This document shows positions 50,430 through 59,906 of a stretch of DNA of 64,000 nucleotides, in pieces. This stretch comes from Limisphaerales bacterium (GTDB lineage Bacteria > Verrucomicrobiota > Verrucomicrobiia > Limisphaerales > JAJOIW01): assembly GCA_965657355.1 (NCBI GenBank), contig CBFHOE010000007.1:224001-288000 (forward strand). Direction: 5' to 3'. A model generated the notes under the pieces. That model worked only from the letters and a program-made list of their open reading frames with translations, made no database searches and was not told the origin of the DNA. The position numbers and the translations under genes were made by a program. Position 1 is the first letter of the stretch. The number at the start of each line of letters is the position of its first letter.

Positions 50430-52325
50430 ATGAATATTAAGAAAAAGATTTTTCTATTAGTGGTTTGTGTCATGGCTTTGATCGGCCTCACAACATATTG
50501 GATGAAATCAACCCGAAACACTTATCTCGCTTCAATTGAATTTGAAAAGAAACTCCCTGAAGTAGGACGGCCGGGAGGATACGTCTCATCATCTCAATGC
50601 AAGTCATGTCACCCAGAACAATATAGCACCTGGCACGACACCTACCATAGGACTATGACCCAGCACGCGTCTGAGGAAACCGTGCTTGGCGATTTTAATA
50701 ATGTTATTCTATATGACGCAGACTTCGCCTATCAGCTCGTTAGCAATAAAGATGGGTATTTCGTCGATGTCTATGCTTTTCCGAAAGGTATTGAACCTGA
50801 TCTGAACAAATATAAAGAAATTGCAAAACTGGAGAATCGATATCAAGTAGGTCTTTTGACGGGTTCGCATAACATGCAGGTGTGCTGGTTGACTTCTGAA
50901 AACGGAAACCTTCAAAAGATTTTTCCTTTCGCATGGCTTATTTCCGATAAACGTTGGGTTCCAAGAAAAGACATCTTCTTAAGAGATCCAAAACTACCAA
51001 TGAAATTACAGGTTTGGAATAATAGCTGCTACCGATGTCATAGCACGGCTGCCCAACCTTTGCCGAATCTAGAGACAGGGGCGGCTCACTCTAAGGTAGC
51101 TGAAACTGGAATAGGTTGCGAAGCTTGTCACGGTCCGGGAAAAGAGCATATAGATTTTTACTCCAACCCTTTAGAGAGATACTCCAGACGCAATAAAAGT
51201 CAGGATGCCCATTTAGGTAAAAGTGATTATAAAAACTTCATCACTAACCCAGCAAAACTTAATAGCAAACTCTCGTCTCATACTTGTGCTCAATGCCACA
51301 GTGTAAAGTGGTTCGTAGACGGGCCTGAATTGTGGAAAACAGGTTTTTCTTTTAAACCAGGAGACGATCTCAACGAACGCACACCAGTAGTGAGACCAAC
51401 CCAAATCGAAAACCAACCGTGGCTGCACTCATTGATAAAAAAATCTCCAGATATTCTCCATAGACAATTTTGGCCAGATGGCCAAATCCGGGTCTCCGGA
51501 AGGGAATTCAATGGAATGGTAGAGAGTGAATGCTACCAAAAAAGCGAACTTTCGTGCCTCGATTGCCACCAAATGCACGGGGCCAACCCTGTCAACCAGC
51601 TGTCAGAAGGAATGAGTTCAAACCAGGCGTGCGCAAAGTGCCACTCAAATATCACCCAGAACGTTTCCGAGCATAGCAGGCATCCTGCAGATTCGCCCGG
51701 GTCACATTGTTACAATTGTCACATGCCTCATACAGTTTATGGGCTTTTAAAGGCAATGAGAAGTCACGAGATCGATTCGCCATCTGTTGGCGACCAGATG
51801 GCATCGCAGCGACCAAATGCATGTTCACTATGCCATTTGGACAAACCCCTATCCTGGGTCTCTGAAAATCTTGGCAATTGGTATGAACAAGAAAAACCAG
51901 AATTAACAAAAGACCAAAAAAATATTCCGGAAGGACTCAGAATGGCTTTATCTGGGGACCCAAACCAAAGAGCACTGATCGCCTGGCACCTGGGATGGGA
52001 GCCAGCGATAAAAGCGTCATATCAAAACTGGTTTATCCCGCTATTATTTGAGCTCTTTAAGGATGAGTATTCGGCGATCAGATATATTGCAGGGAAAGGA
52101 ATCAACCGCCTCATTCCAGAAGCCCCCTTATTAGATTATGTGGCAAAAACACAATTAAGAAACGCCTCACTGTTAATTGCAAAAAAGCTCTTCCAGAAAA
52201 ACCTTATCGAAAACGAGACTGAACTTCAGTGGCTGAGCAGTGAATCATATGGCGAGATTGAAACATCACTCTTAAAACGCCTTAGAAACCTCCGACCTAA
52301 AAAATCAATGCAATTAGTCGAGTGA
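50430..52325 (+). CDS. Membrane-anchored multiheme c-type cytochrome (8 CxxCH) with HEAT-like C-terminus
   Basis: N-terminal TM; CKSCH, CYRCH, CEACH, CAQCH, CLDCH, CAKCH, CYNCH, CSLCH. Confidence 0.9.
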   Translation: MNIKKKIFLLVVCVMALIGLTTYWMKSTRNTYLASIEFEKKLPEVGRPGGYVSSSQCKSCHPEQYSTWHDTYHRTMTQHASEETVLGDFNNVILYDADFAYQLVSNKDGYFVDVYAFPKGIEPDLNKYKEIAKLENRYQVGLLTGSHNMQVCWLTSENGNLQKIFPFAWLISDKRWVPRKDIFLRDPKLPMKLQVWNNSCYRCHSTAAQPLPNLETGAAHSKVAETGIGCEACHGPGKEHIDFYSNPLERYSRRNKSQDAHLGKSDYKNFITNPAKLNSKLSSHTCAQCHSVKWFVDGPELWKTGFSFKPGDDLNERTPVVRPTQIENQPWLHSLIKKSPDILHRQFWPDGQIRVSGREFNGMVESECYQKSELSCLDCHQMHGANPVNQLSEGMSSNQACAKCHSNITQNVSEHSRHPADSPGSHCYNCHMPHTVYGLLKAMRSHEIDSPSVGDQMASQRPNACSLCHLDKPLSWVSENLGNWYEQEKPELTKDQKNIPEGLRMALSGDPNQRALIAWHLGWEPAIKASYQNWFIPLLFELFKDEYSAIRYIAGKGINRLIPEAPLLDYVAKTQLRNASLLIAKKLFQKNLIENETELQWLSSESYGEIETSLLKRLRNLRPKKSMQLVE

Positions 52326-52364
52326 TAGATTGCATATCACTATAACTCGATTAAAATTAGAAAA

Positions 52365-52607
52365 ATGACCAAAAAAGTGATAACTAAACGATTTCCGATC
52401 GAAAAGTTCCTAATTATGTTTGTAGTCATTGGGCTCTTCATCACTGTAATAGTTGTCTCAGCTAATTTTTACTTAAATCCCCCGGGTGGCGAACGAGAAT
52501 CCATGTTTGTTGATGATCCAAATATGACTAACAACCCAGCGGCTACAATTTCACTACAAAAGAAAAACCAGGAAAATAATCTACCCATTATCCTCAAGCA
52601 AAAGTAA
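52365..52607 (+). CDS. Small single-TM hypothetical protein
   Basis: Basic N-terminus plus one hydrophobic helix; TTGCAT-16-TAAAAT promoter immediately upstream. Confidence 0.55.
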   Translation: MTKKVITKRFPIEKFLIMFVVIGLFITVIVVSANFYLNPPGGERESMFVDDPNMTNNPAATISLQKKNQENNLPIILKQK

Positions 52608-52622
52608 TAGTCTTTCAAAACT

Positions 52623-53474
52623 ATGGAAGGCTTCCCATTCGCAACGCTGCTTCTTTCAGCTTTTATTGCATGGGTCACCAACAAATGCTTTAAAGATCCG
52701 AGACTGCGCTCTCAGCTCATACTTGATAACTCAGCTGTCCGGCTGAGGAAAAATTTTTACAGATTAATCACCAGTGGTTTATTACACCGTGATTGGAAAC
52801 ACTTTGCCCTCAATGTTATAGGTATTTTTATTTGGGGCCACTCACTGGAAATACATTCGCAAAGATGGGGCTTACTGTTGGTTTTTTTTGTTTCTGTCAT
52901 TGGTGGTAATACATACTCACTATATCGAAATTGGAATAAGGAATACGTAGCCCTTGGAGCTTCAGGTGGGTGTCTCGGAATCGTCTTCTGCCATTGTCAG
53001 CTCCTGGGCGGAAATATTAGCCCCATGCTGACACCAGGGTTTAGTATACCATCATATGTTTTTGCAATCGCTTACCTGATTGTCAGTTTTATTGCTATGC
53101 GAAGAAATGCCGCTGATGACAATGTCGGTCACGAGGCGCATATAGGTGGTGCCTTAACTGGCTTCTTGTGCGCGTTTGTCATTAACCCAGATTCTTTAAA
53201 TCAAAACCCCGAGTTTTTCTATTCTATTATCGGACTGGTATGCATGGCTCTGTTTATTTGGTTTTGGAAAAATCAAACTGAATCATCTTTTTTAAATCTA
53301 AAAAATGAAAAACCAAAAGGATCTACTAGGCATCGGGACTATGACCAGGCAATAGAACGATACAAAACAAAAAAAGAGATTGATGCTCTTTTAGATAAAG
53401 TTTCGAAAAAAGGCTTTGAGTCACTGAGCCCTCGGGAGAAATTCCGACTAGAAGAATTATCGAGAAAAATTTAA
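52623..53474 (+). CDS. Rhomboid intramembrane serine protease with DUF6576-like C-terminal domain
   Basis: HRDWKHFALN, GASG, HEAHIGG; tail EIDALLDKVSKKGFESLSPREK. Confidence 0.9.
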   Translation: MEGFPFATLLLSAFIAWVTNKCFKDPRLRSQLILDNSAVRLRKNFYRLITSGLLHRDWKHFALNVIGIFIWGHSLEIHSQRWGLLLVFFVSVIGGNTYSLYRNWNKEYVALGASGGCLGIVFCHCQLLGGNISPMLTPGFSIPSYVFAIAYLIVSFIAMRRNAADDNVGHEAHIGGALTGFLCAFVINPDSLNQNPEFFYSIIGLVCMALFIWFWKNQTESSFLNLKNEKPKGSTRHRDYDQAIERYKTKKEIDALLDKVSKKGFESLSPREKFRLEELSRKI

Positions 53475-53500
53475 TGCGGTGATCACAACACGTGAGATTT

Positions 53501-54034
53501 TTACCAATCGACAATCGCGTTCTGGATTTGCCCAAACTTATTTTGGTAAAATACCATTTTATTTTGTTGTCCAAACTCATGAACCATTTTCGTGAGTTTG
53601 ACATCAAAACAACAATACTCAGCAATTTTTAAGAATTCCTTTTGCTGATACCAACGAATGGCTTGTAGTCCATCGGCGGTCTTTTCGGCTCCAAAAGTGG
53701 CGGATGCAACAGCATCCAAAGAAAGACGATGATGAACAGCCTCTTGGAGTGAAACTAAAAGATCTAATGTAGGAAGTTGTCTTAGATCTAAAATCGTATA
53801 GCCATGTAGAACTTCGTAATCAAACCTAAGAATATTAAAGCCGCACACGAGATCAGCGCGCTGAAGTTCATCGATCATTTCATCAATTCTATCCTCGGAA
53901 TAGATGGTATATTCACCTGGCCCGGTATTGTATGTCACGGCCACGCTCACCCCCATATCCCGAGCATTATTCCACCCGCCTACATCGTTTGCAGACCGCT
54001 TTGTTTCGACATCAAAATAAATAATGTTAGCCAT
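53501..54034 (-). CDS. RNase H-like (RNase_H_2 / YprB-like) exonuclease domain protein
   Basis: FDVET, GFNILRFD and YCCFDV DEDD-type motifs. Confidence 0.85.
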   Translation of the reverse strand: MANIIYFDVETKRSANDVGGWNNARDMGVSVAVTYNTGPGEYTIYSEDRIDEMIDELQRADLVCGFNILRFDYEVLHGYTILDLRQLPTLDLLVSLQEAVHHRLSLDAVASATFGAEKTADGLQAIRWYQQKEFLKIAEYCCFDVKLTKMVHEFGQQNKMVFYQNKFGQIQNAIVDW

Positions 54035-54066
54035 TAAAAAACAAGGTGAACATTCTTTTAAATCTC

Positions 54067-54933
54067 TTATGAATAGTCATCCAAAGAATGAGTGTATCCA
54101 GGTTCTTCTGTAAAACCGGACGGATTCGCGTAGAGACTCAGGTATTTCAGGGAAACCTCAAAATCCTTTGGTAAAGGCGATTCGACCGTCATCATTTCAT
54201 CACTGAATAGTTTTTTGAGACTAATTTTGGAGGCATGAATCGCTGCCCTGGACATTAATGGACGTTCAGTTTTATTTCTCTTAAGACGATATTTAGGTTT
54301 TAAACGGGACAATAAGAGTGGGCCTCCATTGTATGTTTGATCACCAACTAAGGACGGGCCTAAATACCTCATATGAACACGCGCCTGATGCTGTCTATTG
54401 GGACTACATCTTGCTCTAACAACAGAATAACCCATGAAGTGTTCAACGACCTCAAAATGAGTCTTGGCCTTTTTCCCTCTCGATTTACTAACACAATATA
54501 CTCCGGGTCGCTTACCATGTGGGGCTATCTTTGCTTCAACTGAAAATTCATCTTCAACAGGTGTCCCTTGGATTATCAGCTGGTAATCAATCATAAAATC
54601 ATGGGAAAAAAACTGATCATGAACGAGTACACATGCCTCCTCACTTTTACCCAAAATCAAAACCCCGCTTGCCTCTGAGTCTAATTCTTGTGCGGGCTTT
54701 AGAAAAGTAATGCCCCTGTCAACAGTCCATTGAACCTTCCTGTCAATGTGATCTACCAGCAAAAGATTCAGTGCTGGAATATGAGGATCCAGCTCATCAG
54801 GCCTTGTGTATAATCCACTGGGTTTGTCGATGACCATCAAATGATTATCCTCATAAAGCACGGGGATTTCCCAATAGTCTCGCGTTTTCCTAGAGGATAT
54901 TTTAATGACGTTTTTTTGCGCTTTTAAACCCAC
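54067..54933 (-). CDS. RluA-family pseudouridine synthase homolog with atypical motif II
   Basis: VIDKPSGL (motif I), QELDSEASG (motif II, normally HRLD), NRQHQARVH, GDQTY, IHA. Confidence 0.85.
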   Translation of the reverse strand: MGLKAQKNVIKISSRKTRDYWEIPVLYEDNHLMVIDKPSGLYTRPDELDPHIPALNLLLVDHIDRKVQWTVDRGITFLKPAQELDSEASGVLILGKSEEACVLVHDQFFSHDFMIDYQLIIQGTPVEDEFSVEAKIAPHGKRPGVYCVSKSRGKKAKTHFEVVEHFMGYSVVRARCSPNRQHQARVHMRYLGPSLVGDQTYNGGPLLLSRLKPKYRLKRNKTERPLMSRAAIHASKISLKKLFSDEMMTVESPLPKDFEVSLKYLSLYANPSGFTEEPGYTHSLDDYS

Positions 54934-55052
54934 TCTCCTTGCCTCCTTAATTCATGTTCGATTAATTCCCAGCCCGGGATTTTATTTTTTTATCCGCAGC
55001 CACAAATGGTCACATCGGGAACAATCTATCATTGCTACATTCATCATAAAGT

Positions 55053-55083
55053 AAAAAAAGACCTGATTACTTCAGGTCTTTTT
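55053..55083 (-). terminator. Rho-independent (bidirectional-type) terminator
   Basis: AAAAAGACCTGA-TTACT-TCAGGTCTTTTT perfect inverted repeat with A/T flanks, just downstream of the SurA/PpiD-like gene. Confidence 0.8.
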
Positions 55084-55109
55084 AAGTTTTGAAATCGAAT
55101 GACGTGTAA

Positions 55110-56801
55110 TTACTCTTTTTCCTGTCCCTCGTTCATGAGGCCCGATTCTGACATTTTCTTTTGAATCCAATCAGGGAAACCACCGGTGCCGAGCCGCATC
55201 TGGGTTTGTATACGCGGTATTGAGTTCGTGTAGTCGAGTTCCACTTGTTCCATCGAGGGCTCTTTCAATTCAACTAATTGAACAATGTAGCCATTTTGCC
55301 CGCTTGGAATGAACTCACTCACTTCACCTTCTCCCAAACCAAAAGCTGTGTTTTTAATCGTTCCGAGGCTTACGGCAGCTTTAAAATTTGTCAGGGTAGT
55401 TGTCTGAATATCAAATTCAGGAATAGCGATGAATTCGTATCCAGCGTTGGTCACAACTTGCTCGAAAGATTTTGATTTGTCGGATAGCTCGTTGGTCAAT
55501 GTGAGATAAAATGATTCCCCAGCTTCGCGAAGAAGTTCCCTGACCTTATCTCTCCGATAACCCGATTCAACTCTACCCTTAACATCAATGTATGGCTGAA
55601 CCTCGCTCGATTTAACGTCTTCAAGCCCCATAAAAAACCAACTATCTTTTGATTCTAATGGTTCATTGGGAAAGGGCTCTTCGAGTGTTAATCTAAAAGC
55701 CGTTGAATTTGCTTCCGCACTGACATCGATGGCTGTTTTAACGCCGTCCGGACCTGGGTTTTTTGTTCCTATGCGACCAAACTGATTAAAATAATCTGAA
55801 TCAACAGGATTGAGTCCTCTCAATAAAGCTTGCCCCTTAAACACGGCGAGTTTGTTCGTCCCTACAACATTAGTCGAAGCGGTTTGCTCGATGATTTCTT
55901 TGGTAAAAGCATAAGCGTCTTTTTTTGCCAGCAACTTGGCCCGCGGTAAAAGCAGATCACTCTTAATTTTTGCTTTTGCATCAGCTTCAGGAGTTGGATT
56001 TCCGTCCTCGCCCAGGAGGGTATCCTTGGTTAATTGATATTCATCGTCAACAAGCTGCTGAAGCCCATCAAATTCCGATTCAGCTTCACTAAAATAATTT
56101 GTTGCCGCAAATTCAACAAATGTAGCGGCCCTAGTCTCAGTCGTCCTATACGAAGGCATATTGTTCGTGTAATATTGCATCAACTCGGCCTCCACTAGAT
56201 CGACCTTGTCGGTGAAGTTCGTACCTTTGAAAACGGCTAAGTTGGCAATAGCTTTGCGCTTTTCACGCCGCGACATTTCCTTACCTTCCATAGGTGTTAC
56301 CATGGTGTCCGCGAGAGCAATTGTGCCTGCAAGCTGGCGAATTCCTAGATTCTGCCTGATAAATTCATGCAAATCGCTTTCTCTGATACCGCGTGGAAGT
56401 GCAGCAACAACGTTGGTGTAAAAGGACCTACTAAAAGTTCCCGTAGTAGGGTCTTTAAAAATACTTTTAATCTCCTTTACAACCGACTGCTTTGGCACTT
56501 CTATTTCCAAATCTTCCAGCTTTTTAGCAACAATGAGTCTGGTGTATACCTCGCGCTGCTCGGCATCATTATCAGCTTGGCGATTGGAAAATAATCGAAG
56601 CGATATAGTAGCCATTTTCTGAGCTTTGATTAAATCATCCTGGGTCACAACCTCCCCGTCGATAGGTCCAACTCCTACATTTCCGCCTCTTAGCATACTC
56701 ATCGGATCCCCACCAGGAATCATGAAAATAACAAAACTAGCTATCACCAAGAATAACAGTACCCCACCAAGCAGCTGATGTTTTCGTATAAATTGAAGCA
56801 T
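55110..56801 (-). CDS. SurA N-terminal / PpiD-like periplasmic chaperone
   Basis: MLQFIRKH plus TM, SurA_N-like helical region, C-terminal parvulin-like AFGLGEGEVSEFI. Confidence 0.75.
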   Translation of the reverse strand: MLQFIRKHQLLGGVLLFLVIASFVIFMIPGGDPMSMLRGGNVGVGPIDGEVVTQDDLIKAQKMATISLRLFSNRQADNDAEQREVYTRLIVAKKLEDLEIEVPKQSVVKEIKSIFKDPTTGTFSRSFYTNVVAALPRGIRESDLHEFIRQNLGIRQLAGTIALADTMVTPMEGKEMSRREKRKAIANLAVFKGTNFTDKVDLVEAELMQYYTNNMPSYRTTETRAATFVEFAATNYFSEAESEFDGLQQLVDDEYQLTKDTLLGEDGNPTPEADAKAKIKSDLLLPRAKLLAKKDAYAFTKEIIEQTASTNVVGTNKLAVFKGQALLRGLNPVDSDYFNQFGRIGTKNPGPDGVKTAIDVSAEANSTAFRLTLEEPFPNEPLESKDSWFFMGLEDVKSSEVQPYIDVKGRVESGYRRDKVRELLREAGESFYLTLTNELSDKSKSFEQVVTNAGYEFIAIPEFDIQTTTLTNFKAAVSLGTIKNTAFGLGEGEVSEFIPSGQNGYIVQLVELKEPSMEQVELDYTNSIPRIQTQMRLGTGGFPDWIQKKMSESGLMNEGQEKE

Positions 56802-56954
56802 ATTCTCTTCTTTTTGGACCGAGAAAACTATCCGCTGCAGCCAACTTGGTCAAACTCAAAAGAACGCCCTCAAGTCATTCCGGTCACGATATCCATCATT
56901 TTCATCTGATTTTCTGGCATTTGGAGTTCCTCTTTGGTCTAATGACGACGAGAA

Positions 56955-58031
56955 ATGCCTGATTCTAATACTTTCGATTCCCAAATCGGCCTTGCTCTGG
57001 CCGACCAGTGGAATTTTTTCAATAATTATTATCTATCAGATCAACTCCGTGAACCCTCATTCACACTTTTTGAAGGCACGTCTCAATTTGGTTATTGGGC
57101 CCCAGAAAGCAGAATTATTGGAATTTCCAAGCCCCATATTAAGGAGCACTCTTGGACGAGAGTCATGGAAACCCTCAAACATGAAATGGCTCACCAATAC
57201 GCTTCAGAGGTATTGCAGGGAGAAAAAGAACCACCGCACGGAGACGCTTTTAAATATGCCTGTCATAAACTCAGAATTTCCTCAAAAGCGAAAGAATCTT
57301 GGTATTTCCAAAATCTCTCAGATTCCCAAAGCGCCCAAAATCCTGTCATTGCAAAAGTTTCTAAACTTCTCTCATTAGCCCAAAGCCCGAATGAAAACGA
57401 GGCCCAATCCGCAATGAAAAAAGCAAGAGAACTGCTTCTCCGGTATCAAATCAATGAGGGCGAAATCGACAGCAGCACAAACACCTACCAATTTTTAGAG
57501 ATCGGCCCAGCTAAATTAAAATTTTCCAAATGGGAGAAAAAACTAATGTCCATTTTACAAGATTATTTCTTCGTAAAAATTATTTGGATCCCCTCACTAG
57601 TAAAGTCAAAGTTGAAAATAGGCTCCGTACCACTTGCCCATGGGTCCAATGCAAACCTGGCTATGGCGGATTATGTCTATGATTATTTTTGCAAACTTCT
57701 ACCAAAACTTTGGAAAGACTTTAAACAATCATCCAATTTGACATCCGACAGACCAAGAATGGACTATTACCTCGGCGTCACATATGGGTTCGCGGAAAAA
57801 TTGTCTGAACAAAATAAGCAATTAGCATCCTCTAAATCGCTTGTCTGGTCGGGTGATCCGAACCTTGACGAATTTTATTATAATATCCACCCACATATTC
57901 AGGTTCGCAGATCTTCACAAAATCAGGTCCATGAATCCTTCCGCGACGGTCAACAGAGAGGCCGAGCAGTCACGCTTAATAAACCAATAGTCTCGTCACA
58001 GGACAGTAGCTCGACCAAGCTTTTGTCCTGA
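56955..58031 (+). CDS. SprT-like zinc metalloprotease fused to DUF2786 domain
   Basis: HEMAHQ...PHGDAF zincin motif; KVSKLLSLAQSPNENEAQSAMKKARELLLRY (DUF2786). Confidence 0.88.
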   Translation: MPDSNTFDSQIGLALADQWNFFNNYYLSDQLREPSFTLFEGTSQFGYWAPESRIIGISKPHIKEHSWTRVMETLKHEMAHQYASEVLQGEKEPPHGDAFKYACHKLRISSKAKESWYFQNLSDSQSAQNPVIAKVSKLLSLAQSPNENEAQSAMKKARELLLRYQINEGEIDSSTNTYQFLEIGPAKLKFSKWEKKLMSILQDYFFVKIIWIPSLVKSKLKIGSVPLAHGSNANLAMADYVYDYFCKLLPKLWKDFKQSSNLTSDRPRMDYYLGVTYGFAEKLSEQNKQLASSKSLVWSGDPNLDEFYYNIHPHIQVRRSSQNQVHESFRDGQQRGRAVTLNKPIVSSQDSSSTKLLS

Positions 58032-58365
58032 TATCATCTTTTATGCTTCAATAAAAGCGCCCCGCATTATTCACCTTCTTTTTGAAAAATCTCTCGGATC
58101 TACTTTATTCTTACTTAATCCCTCTTAAAATTTTTCTACAAAACCACGGTTTCGAATCTGGAAACCAGAACAAGAACATCTTTTTGGATCATCAGCACCG
58201 CGACCTCTCTCAAATAATCACTACTCCTTACTTCCAGGTATAATTAATCCCCAATAATATTATTAAAAGAATAGAATTATTGGGACCAGACAGTAGTGAT
58301 TAAACATGAGGTCTTTAGCTTAAGTCCTAAAAAGGAAAATAACCTGTCGAAAGGGAGATAATGTA

Positions 58366-59151
58366 TCAATCGTCTCCGTCGAAAAAGTTGCCACCTAAAA
58401 GTGATCCTTCACCTCTGCTTTTTCCTCCAGCCGAGGGGGCTGAAGATATTATTCGGTCAGCCATTCTGCTGAATGGCAAGCTCTGCAGCCAAACTTTGCC
58501 ACTTCCTTGAAGTGATGCCAGAAAAAGACCCTCGCCGCCGAAAACCATTGATTTTAAGCCCCCTGATTTTTGTATATCATATTCGATTCCGTCTGAATAT
58601 CCGACTATGCAACCTGTATCTACCAGGATTTTTTCACCATGTAATTCTTTTTCGATGACGGTTCCACCCGCATGGACAAAAGCCATGCCGTCTCCTTCAA
58701 GTTTTTGAAGGATAAATCCCTCTCCCCCGAAAAATCCAGTTCCTATTTTTTTGTTAAGGGCGATTGAAACCTTGGTTCCCATGGCGGCGCATAGAAAAGC
58801 ATCTTTCTGACACAAGAAACGGCCACCAATGTCTTGAAGGTTTATCGGGATAATGCTGCCAGGATAAGGAGCGGAGAAGGCAACTCTTTTTTTTCCGACG
58901 CTATCATTGGTAAAGTGAGTCATGAAAATGGACTCGCCGGTTAATAATCGTTTTCCGGCTCCCAAAATTTTTCCGAATACTCCCTTTTCGACAGAGGAAC
59001 CATCTCCCATTTTAGCTTGAAAATTGATGCCGTCGTCCATGTAATTCATAGCACCAGCTTCAGCAATAACAGTTTCCTGAGGATCGAGCTCAACTTCAAC
59101 AAGCTGCATATCATCACCGAAGATTTCATAATCTACTTCATGACTATTCAT
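58366..59151 (-). CDS. TIGR00266 / AIM24 family protein
   Basis: [39 protein letters not shown]. Confidence 0.93.
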   Translation of the reverse strand: MNSHEVDYEIFGDDMQLVEVELDPQETVIAEAGAMNYMDDGINFQAKMGDGSSVEKGVFGKILGAGKRLLTGESIFMTHFTNDSVGKKRVAFSAPYPGSIIPINLQDIGGRFLCQKDAFLCAAMGTKVSIALNKKIGTGFFGGEGFILQKLEGDGMAFVHAGGTVIEKELHGEKILVDTGCIVGYSDGIEYDIQKSGGLKSMVFGGEGLFLASLQGSGKVWLQSLPFSRMADRIISSAPSAGGKSRGEGSLLGGNFFDGDD

Positions 59152-59570
59152 TGCTAAGACCCTATAATAAATATGGAAAAATGCAGTTATAATTAATGAG
59201 AAATTTTATAATTTTGACTCGAAGACAAATCATAAGAGAGCTGTATCATTTTTTTCCGAAACTATTTATTCGATCTCAAAAAAACTGGCTTGAATTTTCA
59301 ATAAGGTAGATAAAAAGCACAATAAGCTCAGCGGCAAGTCCGTGTACGTAATGATCAGTTTATAATTTAAGGAAACAGAACCACTGTGGCCCTAAAAAAA
59401 ATGTAATGTTATGAGAACCATCAAAGTGAGGTGTCATTTAATCCTGCTCATTTTCCGGAGTGGAACGTATCGAATGCCATCATAAGAAACAAGCGCTGCT
59501 CTCTGAAGCTAAAAGAAAGCCGCAAAAACTCTAGGACCTTGGAAGATTATTAATCATTCGAATTTGTTTC

Positions 59571-59598
59571 TTGATCCTAGTTTGATTTCAATCATAAT
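59571..59598 (+). promoter_or_regulatory. Putative sigma70 promoter of tRNA-Leu
   Basis: TTGATC-16nt-CATAAT about 20 nt upstream of the tRNA. Confidence 0.45.
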
Positions 59599-59617
59599 GA
59601 GCCTAACTGTCCCACTA

Positions 59618-59704
59618 GCCGAAGTGGCGGAATTGGCAGACGCAGGAGACTTAAAATCTCCCGATGGTGACATCGTGCGGGTTCAAGTCCCGCCTTCGGC
59701 ACCA
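59618..59704 (+). tRNA. tRNA-Leu (anticodon TAA)
   Basis: Acceptor GCCGAAG/CTTCGGC plus ACCA; anticodon arm GGAGA-CTTAAAA-TCTCC; long variable arm; GGTTCAAGTCC T-arm. Confidence 0.97.
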
Positions 59705-59780
59705 ATAATCCCCTACAACCACAACACTTTTCGGTATTCGCATTGATTTTTTCCCAAATTTTTCCCTATCATTTTGAGGC

Positions 59781-59906
59781 ATGACCAAGAAATTCAAAGT
59801 CGGATCTGCAGTATTCGCAATGTCAAAAATCAGGCGAAAAACAGGCTCCAGAGAGTATGAATATGTGCGCCTCAGATGGTCTGAATGTGGCAGTCAAATT
59901 GATTTT
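59781..59906 (+). pseudogene. Probable N-terminal fragment of a tRNA-targeting tyrosine integrase
   Basis: MTKKFKVGSAVFAMSKIRRKTGSREYEYVRLRWSECG begins 76 nt after tRNA-Leu, is basic and beta-rich like an arm-binding domain, and then runs into the antisense of the ankyrin gene; no catalytic domain present. Confidence 0.45.

Noticed and set aside
59160..59570. Possible small ORF or ncRNA between TIGR00266 and the tRNA
   Set aside because: Only short frames without start context, and no convincing stem structure by eye
59564..59746. 60-aa ORF
   Set aside because: Overlaps tRNA-Leu; spurious
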